Positions 1 through 12,450 of a stretch of DNA of 64,000 nucleotides are shown one piece after another. The stretch is from contig OZ249445.1 in the NCBI GenBank assembly GCA_965235115.1, positions 8,804,001 through 8,868,000 of the forward strand, in the 5' to 3' direction. Positions within the stretch are counted from its first letter, which is position 1. Every line of letters begins with the position of its first letter. The DNA is from Laetmonice hystrix. Lineage: Eukaryota. Position numbers and translations under genes: made by a program. The notes under the pieces were generated by a model. It was not told where the DNA came from. It was given only the letters and a program-made list of their open reading frames with translations, and did no database searches.

Positions 1-958
1 AAACCATCTCTCCTGCAGTGTATATTTTTAACTTGGGAGGCTGAGCTGTCAAAGTGACCACTTATAAATAGCCACCAGCCCAGCTTAGCTGGCCGTGTAA
101 CCTAGCCGGTCAACCCCCATGTAATTAGGTCACTCATTATCATAATCCGTTGAGGTTCTCTTTTTAAAACTGAGGTTTCGTATCTGTTGTATCATTTAAA
201 TAATAAGATTGGTGTTAGTATGTTTTGTAGGCTTTTCTATATTAGGAATATTCTGGTTTAATTTTTCATATATGACTTTATAGAAAAAGGTGTTGTTATA
301 AAAGGTTTTTCCATAAATATTTAATTAGGTCACAGCACACTCTCTCAGGAGAACCTATAAATACCACCCACATCTGGAGTCTCTCTCTCTCACGTTTTAG
401 TCAGCCTGAAGTCCACATCCTGTGGGGTTCAGGCCACCTTAACTGGACAATCTATTGTGCTTTTTAAACCCGGATTCTTACTGTGTCTCAATGGACATCA
501 CTTGGACATTCAAATGGATTTGCTACAAACGGAATTCTATGTGAACATTTGAGGAGTAGGCCTAGCCCTCCTTACCACCAGACTCTCCATTTGTGTGCTA
601 AAACAGTTTGTGAAACGTGGTCAACTGCTAACCATGTGCCGGGTGAGTTCTCTATTTGTCAGCCAGTTAAGTGCAGGTCTACACATTTCTTAATTCTATC
701 AATTCTTTCAAATACTCGGCCATGGTTAATCCGTGTTGGTCAGCCCCAAAAAGGTTATAACTAATAGTATTTTTTTTGTACACCCACGTGTACCTCCAGG
801 GTGACGCCATGTTGTATTTGGAGTTAGAACGGTGTCACCCCTTCATTATGTATCTGTAACTTATAACTCATGTAAATAAAGATTAAAGTACGGATGTTCC
901 TTTAAATGCTCTACCTTGTGTAATTTTTCTAGCTCTCCTTTTCGTCTATACTCCCCAC
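1..958 (+). mobile_element. Possible LTR-like fragment (solo or 3' LTR), unclassified
   Basis: TATAAATA boxes at ~63 and ~357, AATAAA at ~876, and a pyrimidine-rich tail ending ...CTCCCCACA at ~958. No PBS or partner LTR was found, so the call is weak. Confidence 0.25.
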
Positions 959-1357
959 AATCAAACTCAAACATAAGGACAAAAGTGGTACACAACTCTA
1001 CACAAAATAATAACAGGACGAAAGTGGTGGATAAACCCTAAAGTAAAAACTCATAGACGAAACATGTATGAAGAAGTAGGTCAGAGAATCCGATTTGGGC
1101 ACGTACTTAAGACTGCTCTGAAGGCACCATAATTATTACTTGGGAAAAATGCACAGTTTTAGCATATAAAATGGATGTAGCTACAGGTTTGATAATGAGA
1201 GACGGGAGCAGGTTCACCCCCCCCCCCCCTGCATGGTTACAGTTGTGAAATACTATCTTGATAGATCCCTTAGGTATTCGCTTCACTGAGTGTCTCTGGT
1301 GGCCAACTACTCACCAGGTTTCAAGGGGCTACCTGACACATCGTTTCACAGAATGCC

Positions 1358-2112
1358 AGTCGTTATGGCCCAAGGTCGATATGGCCCATGGACGATATGG
1401 CCCACTCCCAGTCGATATGGCCCTGGGTCTGTATGGTCCACGGTCGATATGGCCCATCCAGTGGGTCTATATGGCCCATCTTTTATATAACTTGAGATTT
1501 TGACCCACAATGCAATATCATGCCCAAGAGACTCAACTTTTTGTGTTAATATGTTCTGTAAAGAAAGAAATTTTCTAACATGTAGGCCGTGTAGTGTAGC
1601 CATATCAATCGGGCATTTGGCTCTAGACGAACCCCTCTAGACTTCTACTCTACACTACAGTTGCCAATCACATGCATGATGACGATATGGGTGCAATGGG
1701 TGTCAACCGTCGGTGCGCCCCCCCCCCCGACCAAAATGTTACCAGTGGTCTTGAAGGCCTACGGAAGCCCCCGACTCCCCATCCCAGCCCCCCCGACTCC
1801 CTGTCCCAGGCCCCCTGACTCCCCGCCTCATGCAGCCCCCCCGACTCCCGTCCACAGGGCCCCTGACTACCCGCCCCAGGGCCCCTGACTACCCCCCCCC
1901 CCCCGACTCCGGCCCCCTGACTCCCTATCCCAGACCCCCCCCCCCCCGACTCCTCACCACCGAGTGAGAGTCAGAGTGGGCCATATAGTCCAACTACCTG
2001 GGCCATATCGACCGGAGCGGTGGGCCATATCGACTGGTACCCTGGGCCATATCGTCCTGTACCCTGGGCCATATCGTCTGGGCCATAACGGTCCTGGGCC
2101 ATATCGACTGGT
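1358..2112. mobile_element. Foldback/MITE-like element with inverted arrays of the GATATGGCCC motif
   Basis: Repeated (G/T)CGATATGGCCC at 1375-1480 and its reverse complement GGGCCATATCG repeated at 1978-2110; outer ends CCAGTCG...CGACTGG. Confidence 0.55.
1765..1952 (-). repeat. C-rich low-complexity repeat (CCCCC(C/T)GACTCC-like units), G-quadruplex-prone on the minus strand
   Basis: About 8-10 degenerate copies of cccc(c/t)gactccc plus long C runs. Confidence 0.7.
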
Positions 2113-5100
2113 TACCGTTTCACATACCTACACCTGGTGGTTGTTGGAAGTGTCGAGCTCAGGTCCGCTCACCAAACACCAGAGGGTTAGCCGGCCGAGA
2201 GACACGACCCCAGTCCCGGGGTGTCTCCGCCGACCCCCGACCATTACCGCTGACTGCCAGCTAGCCTCCGTGTGAAACCCAGGCCTGTCTCCACTGGTGA
2301 GAGTGAGGTGTCACGTGGTAACGAATGGCAACTAATGGCTGGCACCATACACCAAACTTTGGTATCACTCCAAATTACTGCAAACTCGGTTCGCACATGC
2401 CCTTATGTAACGCGATCTTTCTAAGTTTAAAAAATTGACGAAATTTCGAAGAATATGAAAGGATTAATTTGCGTTTTGCTGTTGAACTGAGAATCGTGAA
2501 TGTAAAGACCATGACTTTTCTCTGAAGCAACAATCGCCAGAACAATAAAGATAACAAGATAAAGAGGTTTTACAGCAGTTGAATATCGTCCTGAGCACTG
2601 GTTATTTGTGTGGGTTGTTTTGGCACGGCGAGTAGTTTTAGTTTGGTTTACCTTTGATCTTGCCAATTAAGATCTGTCAGCAGTCCAGTTCACCTACCTC
2701 TATTATCACTTCAGTCAGTTCCTATTAGCAGTGATAGCATCTCTTTGTTCTGATTCAAATGGAATGCCGAACTTTGTGCATATCTAGCTTCAGGCTTGGC
2801 CAAAGAATATTTATTTGACTATGGTTCCTACTAATTACTGCGGTTTGTATTTGGTGCAGAGAGTGGGGGTAAATAGTTTACAGCTGATCTGATCATTCTC
2901 TGAACTAGGTTGTTTACTTTTGGGACCCCAAGCCCAGTTACCCAGAGTCCGAAGTCCAGGTCGTCTAAAGGACAGCGTTATCATGTCTGTGGAGGGTAAA
3001 GTGTGATTAGGGTATAGGCTTTCATAGACCAAGGTCAGACCCCAGACCCTGGGCCCCTCAAGCCGCGGACCGACTGGTGTGGTCAGACACAGTACCTGTA
3101 GCATGGGTCATGCCATGATAAGGACCCACTGCCAAGGCAGGGTCGAGGGCCGGTCAGGGAGTCGTGATGGATGGGTCACTGGATGTGCGAGGGCAGTGAG
3201 AGATCTTGCTCGAGTCCGGATTTCTGAATTACCCGACTTATTATTGTCCCAAAGTCAAGGTCCACAAACACAGGAATCTTGTTTTTGATCTCAAGTACAT
3301 TTTATTTCATATAGAAGGGGCTTGTCAAAATCACAGATAAGTTTTACAAATTGGCTTGAAATGGACGTGTGGCGAAGTTCAGTGTGAAAGTCAACCCGGA
3401 CAGGGCCAGGGTTGGTATTCTCCGTGTTCTCATCAAGAGTATGTCAAGAATGTGGGATGTAGTTGTGGTTGAGATACTTGGCCAAAACACTCAGGATGAT
3501 GTCGTCAAGCTTCTCCAGGGCTGTAGGACGTGTTCACCCAGTCCCTCCCCACCCACTGGATGAGTCACCCGGCCCCTCCACTCCGGCCCCTCCTCCTCCG
3601 GCCACCGATACTCTCCGCGAGGCGGGAACCACTCGGGGCCCCCTGTGACGGTCACTTCCAACCTCACACTGCCTCCTACCGGCAGACGGCGGCACGACAG
3701 GTCAAGGCCGCCCCCACTGGCACGGTTGGTAGATCTTATATCTGACCTCGTGACACGCCCTCGTTGGGGTAAATACCCTGTGAGTCTCTACAAATACGGA
3801 CTGGAGCCGCACTTTATGTACATTTCTATGATTTGTATATAACTGTTATTGTGGACATTATGTACAGCAAAGTGGGCCCAGAAATCTCTGACATTTTATA
3901 GCCAGACTGTCTGTCTATTGTAGATCATTCACTATAGAAAACCTACTGGCCTAGTTTTAAGTCTAAAGATAGACGTATGCTTTCTATGCAGGAACATAAA
4001 ACTGGGAGTAGTTGCAGTATATGTATTTAGACATGATATATCGAATAATATGGCCTGGGTCATAGTTGGGTGTTTAATATGTACAATGTTGCACCTAGAA
4101 ACAACTGTGGTCCTGCCTCCTCCAACTCATGCAAAGTTTGATAAAAACTATTTATGTTCTACCCCATGGTGCCATCGGAGCTTTAAATAAGCAAAATGCT
4201 CACATCAGTTATAAAATAAAGATCTGAGACGGAAACTACCAAGTTTCTTTGATGTTTTACTGAACACATCCGAAGGTCAGACCTCACTGTGTGTGGGCAG
4301 GGTGAAGGTCGCACTGCAGGCCTCTCCTTCTAGAGGTTAAGTTACAGTCTGTCTCCTAGACTTGGCTGTCGCCCTCACTCGGTCCATTTCAAACCCAGTG
4401 GGTGTCTGAGTGGTCATGAAGTAAATGAATGTGTTGAAGTGAGATTGGTGTACGTATTTGCCCGGGTGAAGGTTAGATGGTGATGGGATATAATATTAGT
4501 GGCGCCACCAGTTTGGTCTATAGGTTTACTGAAGTCCCCATTGTAGATACACTGTATTAAAGTAAAACATGGCTCCAGAGAAGGCTCACCACCTGGTGCA
4601 CCAGTAGGCATAACATTATTTACCTGTTTGCTATGAAATGTATCTTTGTTATTATGAATTGCAGCACAGATGGGTAGATAGACTAACAACAGACATTTTA
4701 TGTCACTTGTGCCAGTGAAATATTTTGCTGCCAATATCTAAAACAAATTGTTCAGTTGAAAACCTTATGTAGAAGGCTGACGACATTTGGTGATGAAAAC
4801 TTGCCTAAAGGTGCGAGAAAATCAATAATTTATTTTGAGCTAATAAATAAAGCGGGCATGAATATTACAACATCATTATTATTGCTATTATTAAATCAAA
4901 TCAATAACAACATATTGACTCAGTCGAATTATGCATATCATGGAAGAGTCGTACTCCCATTAATCAGCTTTTGAAACTGAAAATTTCAGCATAGCATGGC
5001 TCTATTCTCACCTGGGACGGATTTTATGACCATGACACTCTTGCTGCTGCACTGGAGGACCTCGGGGAAAATAATTGTCTCTTTTATCTATAGCTAGGGA

Positions 5101-6196
5101 ATAAAGGTAATCTTACGCAAGAAAAAGCATTCACGGGTGAGTTGCCTGCACGCTTGGCAACTCCATCACGCAGTCACGCTATGACAGACGCTTTCAGTTG
5201 TAGACTGAGCAGACGGCCAGGGTACAGTCTGCAAGCCGTTCTCCCAGACAGGTCTACACCCTAGGACGGCAACCACAGAGCTGGGCAAACACTGCCAATC
5301 CTCGCCATTATACAACTGAACAGGATTTAACATTAGATTGTCGACGGGAATGAAGGATAAACCGAGCGGTGAGCTCAGCGTCAGCAGCTAACTGGGTGTA
5401 AATCTGCGGCGGGGCACGGCCAGGTGAGGGGGTTTGGTTGGCGGGGACAATTGGCGCCGCGGATTTACAGGTAGCCAGACTCTGATCGGCATTGTGCCCC
5501 GCCCGAGGTGGAGACGACACGTCGTCGCTAACTCCACTAGGTGATATATAATCAGGCCACCTGTGGGGGAGGATTCCAAGTGGTAGCCGAGAATGTTAGG
5601 CTGCCATGGAAACGACTTACAGGACGGCGGCGGACACGGGCCGCTGGCTGGGAGGTAGAGCCGTTAGGACGTGAGCAGCTTCAACCCCGCCTGCCCCCCA
5701 GACACTACGGCTACGGGCACCATCAGACTACAAAGTCTTCACAGACTGTTGGCAACGGAGGTCTTCAACACGAACCGACAGACTTCTTTCTCATCCTACA
5801 TTCAAGTCGGCTGTATAAGCCACATTGATGACATACCATTGCCTTCAAATTGTGCCGTCCACATTACTTCATCGACCTCCTTATAAGGACATCGAGGGGA
5901 ACATCTACCTGGACTGACCTCCAACGGCCTGAGATTAGGAGTTACTGGAGGCGGGATGTTGTCTCCATTGATACCATACCATGGAGGGGACCGAGGATAA
6001 CCATAGTCTGTAGTCTAACTCTCAGGGACTGTGGAGAAAGTGTCGGAGAGTTCTAGTCATTGTACTCAGCCAACATGCAGGAGTTAGAGTTGAAACCTCT
6101 CAACCCGCCACCACCGCCGTCAGAGGTACAGCTGGCCGCTACTATCAAGGAGATCGTTACCGACTCGGGTTTGTATCTGAACAACTTCATCCACGA

Positions 6197-6390
6197 CTCA
6201 ATCCCGACCAGACACTGGCAGGTTGAGGATTGATTGATCTGATAGCATTTACTCAATCCCGACCAGACACTGGCAGGTTAAGGATTGATTGATCTGTACT
6301 GGAAGGTTAAGGATTGATTGATCTGATAGCATTTACTCAATCCCGACCAGGCACTGGCAGGTTGAGGATTGATTGATCTGATAGCATTCA
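6197..6390. repeat. 55-bp tandem repeat, ~3.5 copies
   Basis: Unit ACTCAATCCCGACCAGACACTGGCAGGTTGAGGATTGATTGATCTGATAGCATTT, repeated with one partial internal copy. Confidence 0.85.
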
Positions 6391-7831
6391 CTCTCAGTCG
6401 CTGGCTGTTCTAGGTGTTTTCTCGGTGGACTAGTACTAAAGTCGTCGTGAAAAATTGGTTTATGGCGTTGCTTTCTTTTATCTTTAAAAAAACAAATTTA
6501 GTTAAGTAGGAGACTTATGAGCTTTGAGTCGGTACTAAACATAAAGTCATTGCGTAGATGGAACATTAGTGGTGTGGGAAGATGTGTATAATTTGTGTTC
6601 TGGTTCACCGCCAGGGGGCCAGTCCCTCACAGGAAACTCGGGAGATAAACTGGACCCATTCCAATTTTTTTTTTAACCAAAAATGTGTGTAGATCATTTT
6701 CCCACTGACAGCCGGAGTTGAATGGCAATGCTCGGTACCCAGTGTTAGAGCTGGGATCACATTGGACCCAGCCATGCCGACCTGGGACAGGCTACAGCCG
6801 GCCTGGCCAGAGCCCCAGAGTTAAACAAAGAGAGAGAGAGACTCGTGAGCATGTCACCTCACAATGTTGTCGCCATGGGTAACGGCCGCGCTCGACCGTG
6901 ACAACCTCGCGGGGGGTACGGGCGGCGGGGCGGGGGGGGGGCAATTATAGCGGATTACTACGGCTGGGGTTGGAGGTCTAACTTTGTGGAGACATTACGA
7001 CAGACCCAAGCAATGACACTGCCCCCCAGGAGCTGGGGGGGGGGGGGGGGGGTGGTGCTGTTCGGTCACACGGTCAGTAGTTGGAACCAATGTCTTCATC
7101 AGAACATAACGAGCTACCGAGCTTCTAAAAACGTCATGAAGATTGCCATCAGCTACTTAGTTCTCTGCATTCTAACACTTCTTTCCTCTAAAAGCTTTTT
7201 CACGTGATGTTCTGTTTTTTTTGGCATATGTATGCCGAGACTTACAGGTGGAAATAGCTGAAATGAAAAAAGGAATAGCTTTACTACTATACCATCAAGT
7301 GAAGGAAGTTAAAAGACAATATTTCATGCACTTTTTGATAAATTTGTCCTTACTCATTTTTTAGACTAATTGTCCACATAGGCTACAGCTGTGATTAGGA
7401 CTACTGGAAGCATTAACAAGATAGCTAGGCAGAAACATATGTTTGCATTCCTTTCAATGGTTCTATTGTTGCTCTGAGCTATTCGTACCTGATGTGTAGT
7501 CTCCAAAAGGTTACTCCACTTCAGGAGACAATGTGCCCCATAAATATACGATATTGGACGGAGGGATTATCATACCAGTATAAAATCATAAATCGGAAAA
7601 AAGAGTATGTTTTTTTACATTACGTGAAGTTTCGCGAATTCTCATGTAGTGTGGACCTTTTAGGGCAATTTCTGGGGAAAAGAGTCATACATACGATGAC
7701 ATTGAGCTTTTAATGTTTGATTTTACTATTGGTTTTAGTGTTGGGCGGTGGTTCAGCCTGTATTATATGGGTGTGTTTTCGTGAAGAGTATATCAGTACT
7801 GTATAATTACAAGTAGAAAATTGTTGTCTGA

Positions 7832-8155
<324 letters not shown>

Positions 8156-11100
8156 TAAATCTCTATGTGAATTTCTTTCTCGACCTTTCTCTTTGATTGG
8201 AAAAAGAAGCGAAATTAACCAGCAGGAAATCACAATAAATGTATGAAAATAAAGTAGAAAGGTTGAGATGGAAAGGTTGCCAGAACTGTAATGGAAACCC
8301 CCACTGTGTTTGAAACCTGACGGTGACGGTTGTCATGAAGCTAGTAGGAAAGGTGTCGGGTCCCGCTTCTAGTTGTGCTTCCAGTCCTACAGATCATCTG
8401 ACATCTGACACGTTGTCTCATGTACATCTCTCATCATTTAATACATTAATCCACTCTACCAGGTGACAGGGTTGCCCTTTAAAACGAGCTGCTAGAAAAC
8501 CTAACTATTTATAAAACCTATTGATAATACAATCAAAGAGAAATGGAAGGACTCTCATTACAATGGATGAGGGCCTTTATAATGTACATCTGCCGTCCTC
8601 TAGACGTTGTTTATCCCCAAACCATGGCAACAGTTGTCATGGGGATGTGCCAGTTAACAAGGCCAGTACTGTGGTGCAGCCTGGTTAGATCAGATGCACC
8701 AATAGATACTCATTGCAGTGATGCAGGCAATTTGTAAATCATGTCATTTTATTATTCACATGGACGTTTGTGTCAGGTGCTGCCGTGGTGGACAATGGCG
8801 AGCAGTTTGCATGCCTATTATATGGTGGCTTACCTGTTTATACATGGGGGAAACCGTTATGTGGGGCAGTGGGATACTCGCACCACTGAATAAACGGAAT
8901 ATTTCATCATTGAAAATAGCGTCTAGTTTTATGAGGAACCTTTTTAACCTTAGGAAGGAAAATGAAGTTCTTACCTTGCCATAGATTAATTCTGAACAGA
9001 TATGTTATGAAAGATATAATCTGACAGAAAGAAACTGACAAAAAGTAGTCCGCCATTTCGGTGAGTGTGATGTCTACATTGAGTGTCAGGTGGTAGCATT
9101 TCCAACACTCTATTCATCTACATGTACAGTGTTAACCACCCCCCCCCCCACACGATTCTCTTAAAAAGTTAATTTTTAAGTACTTAAGTAGGAGAACAGG
9201 TAGTGCTGAATCGGATTCATCTGACAGTTTTATGATACTATTAATCTGAAAGTGTCATTAAATTTTCATTTTGATTGTCACCAGATGGTAGGACAGATTA
9301 TCTCAAATATCATACTAGTATGAAAAACTTACTATTGTAATTAAGTTAGCTACAGCCCTGTGAAACATTAAATATCCACCACAGTAATTAAACAATGAAT
9401 GCCGATCGGAAGAAAAGAAATGGACTGTGTTAATTAGTGGAATTTTTAATCTCTCTCAGGATGTAAACTTTAGTGTCGTAGTGTTACACCCAGAATGTTG
9501 AACCCATGGGTATGGTGGGGGGGGGGGAGCCTGTAGGATCTGGTGGCTTTGGTTTTTAGCAAGTGTGCTGGAAATATTGAGACAGTTCCGACAGGACGTC
9601 AACACCTGTTGTAGCGCCATTACTCCATGGGCAATTCTCATATAATAGGCTTCTCTTTCAAAAATTGCGACAAGACAAATTCAATATTAGTTTAAACGTG
9701 TTAAGACGACAAACTCGTGTTTTTCGTACACCCTTACAGCCAGGTGTTCTTAGCTGAAGAAGGTGTCGCGATGAAAACTGACCTAAGTATTCCGGTAGAA
9801 ATCTTGAGTCAATATCCCCCCCCCCGTTCCCATTGCAGGGAGCCGGCTCAGATTGAGGTGTCTGTCTGTGTAGAGTGCAGACCTTGTGTGTGACACCAGA
9901 CACCTACTCCTACAGACACACGTTTGTTAGGGTGACAGTGAACCCCACTCCGCTGGGATCATTCTCCAACCCCTATCCTACCGTCACCTCGTATCAAAGG
10001 TTGGCGGATATACATTGTCTGAAAGGTGAGAATTCTTTTCAGGTGGGGTATGTTACCTTGGTTATCGGTCGGTTGGAGGACTTCAACCTTTATAAAGGAG
10101 TGACACAAGAGGGTGAATAGGTAGGGTATAGAGAGAGGGTAGGAAGGAATGGAGGCCCCCGCTGTAGTTGGGGGTGGTGGCGGACCGCCACATTCTAGTG
10201 ACTGACTTTGGACACATTGTTCAAAAGTAAGGCTAGTAAAACTCTACCACCCGACCCCAGCCGACATCCATTGAGGTTACCCAGTCACTTCTCCACAAGG
10301 GGTACCTTGACTGGGGTACCCTGACTGAACTCAACCCTGCCCGCTACCACTGTACCCTTACGTTGCAGCCATGTCGCTCCGTTATGTCAGTATAAGTGTG
10401 AAAGCTTTCAGTAATGACGAAGCAGTAAGTACTTGCCCTCTGCCCCGTCCCCTCACCCCACTGTGAGCAGACTGTGATAAACACACACCTCCAGCGTTGT
10501 GACGGCCCCCAGCCGGTAATTAACCCAGGTATGTGAGGGGGAGGCCGGAGGTGGGGGGTACAGGTAGGCCGCCTCACGTCCCACACCTACCGTTACGTAT
10601 TTCTGGTCACACCAACCAGACCTGGGCGGTGTATCCAACTGACCGCCCAGTCCAGTTAGTCCCTCAGACCTTACCTTCTCCTGTCCTTACAGTTTCCTGC
10701 CCTGAGCCATGTTAACTTGCCATGGACCCTGTGAGACTGTGGTCACCTACCAGATGCACCCCCCCCCCCCCCCCCCAGTGACTCGGGCCAGTGTGGAGCC
10801 TCATATCCACCTGCCTTTGGCTGAAATTTTCATGTCGAAGAAAAGGAATCTATCACACCGAAAACATTGAGCCTCCCCGGGGCCCTCAAATCGAGAGATT
10901 CTGCACCTCCTCCCTGTCTCCCACACACCGAACTTAGGCAAGGAAAGCTTTCAACATACCGTGAAAGATCCGCTGGGAGGGAGAGAGCACTTTGTAAATT
11001 GGCGGGCTGTAGTTATAAGTTATTGCGATGAGATGAAGTTATAGAGTGCCATGACGATCAGTGACTGTTGGAGGATCCTTGTGGTGGTTCCAGTGAGAGG

Positions 11101-11939
11101 CATCACCTGACCGGGGGGCATCATTGACCCACACCCGGTCAGCAAGAGGATCATGAAGAGGGTTGGACAGCCTGATCAATGTGATCTTTATTGACCACTA
11201 CCACCGCCCTCAGAAAATGGGCTGTAAAGTGTAGATTTTGAAAGTTATAATAATAGCATTATTAAATCCTTATGGCAGTCGTATTATCATGAGCCAGAAA
11301 GCTTTTGATATTGGTATTGAAACGAACTGAAGGGTTGGCAGTTAGCACTCATCCGGTCGTTTAGAGTACTCAAACAGGTCAATAGATTATGGGTTGAGTA
11401 GGTAGGGATCATGCAGACAGGGTTAGTAGGCAGACATCTTTGACATTTCTATTTGATCAGCCAGGTAGGTAATGGTATACATGTATATGACATGCAATGA
11501 ACGAATTACTGTACCCAGTACATTATGAGGTTCAGTGGCGGAATCCCTAACCATGTGCTTGCTCCATCCTGGATGCCATGCTTGGAATGTTCCCGAAAGC
11601 CACAATCATTCGCTCATGACGGTGGCACATTCCTCATGTGAAGGTCGTAATTTGTACTGACATGTTTGGCTCCTGAGGCCAAGGTAGATGGAGCAAGAAA
11701 AGGGATGGGGGAGGGGGTGGGGGTTGTGATTATACTAAATGGTCTACCTGAGGGGCAGGGGACATGTTAAAAGGACGCCAGGTCAAGTTGATCCCCACGA
11801 CCTGTTACCTAGAGTTACCTAGACCAGGTGGGATCCTGCTGTCGCCTGTGGGAGGATGGGCACTGCGCCGGGCTGGAGTGTTTCTAGTGGGAAAGAATGC
11901 CAGACAGCGGTGTCATGTGGAAATAGTGTCCCACAATGT

Positions 11940-12450
11940 CCCACTTGGTCCCACGCCCTAGTATCCTGTGGGAACAACGTCCTGCTTGGTCCCACGCCCT
12001 GGTGTCCTGTGGGAACAACGTCCTGCTTGGTCCCACGCCCTGGTGTCCTGTGGGAACAACGTCCCGCTTGGTCCCACGCCTTAGTATCCTGTGGGAACAA
12101 CGTCCCGCTTGGTCCCACGCCCTGGTGTCCTGTGGGAACAACGTCCCACTTGGTCCCACGCCCTGGTGTCCTGTGGGAACAACGTCCCACTTGGTCCCAC
12201 GCCCTGGTGTCCTGTGGGAACAACGTCCCACTTGGTCCCACGCCCTGGTGTCCTGTGGGAACAAAGTCCCACTTGGTCCCACGCCCCGGTGTCTTGTGGG
12301 AACAAAGTCCCACTTGGTCCCATGCCCTAGTATCCTGTGGGAACAAAGTCCCACTTGGTCCCATGCCCTAGTATCCTGTGGGAACAAAGTCCCACTTGGT
12401 CCCACGCCCTGGTGTCCTGTGGGAACAAAGTCCCACTTGGTCCCACGCCC
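11940..12450. repeat. 41-bp minisatellite (~12.5 copies) in the LIX1L intron
   Basis: Unit CCCACTTGGTCCCACGCCCTGGTGTCCTGTGGGAACAA(C/A)GT; period 41 read directly. Confidence 0.95.
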
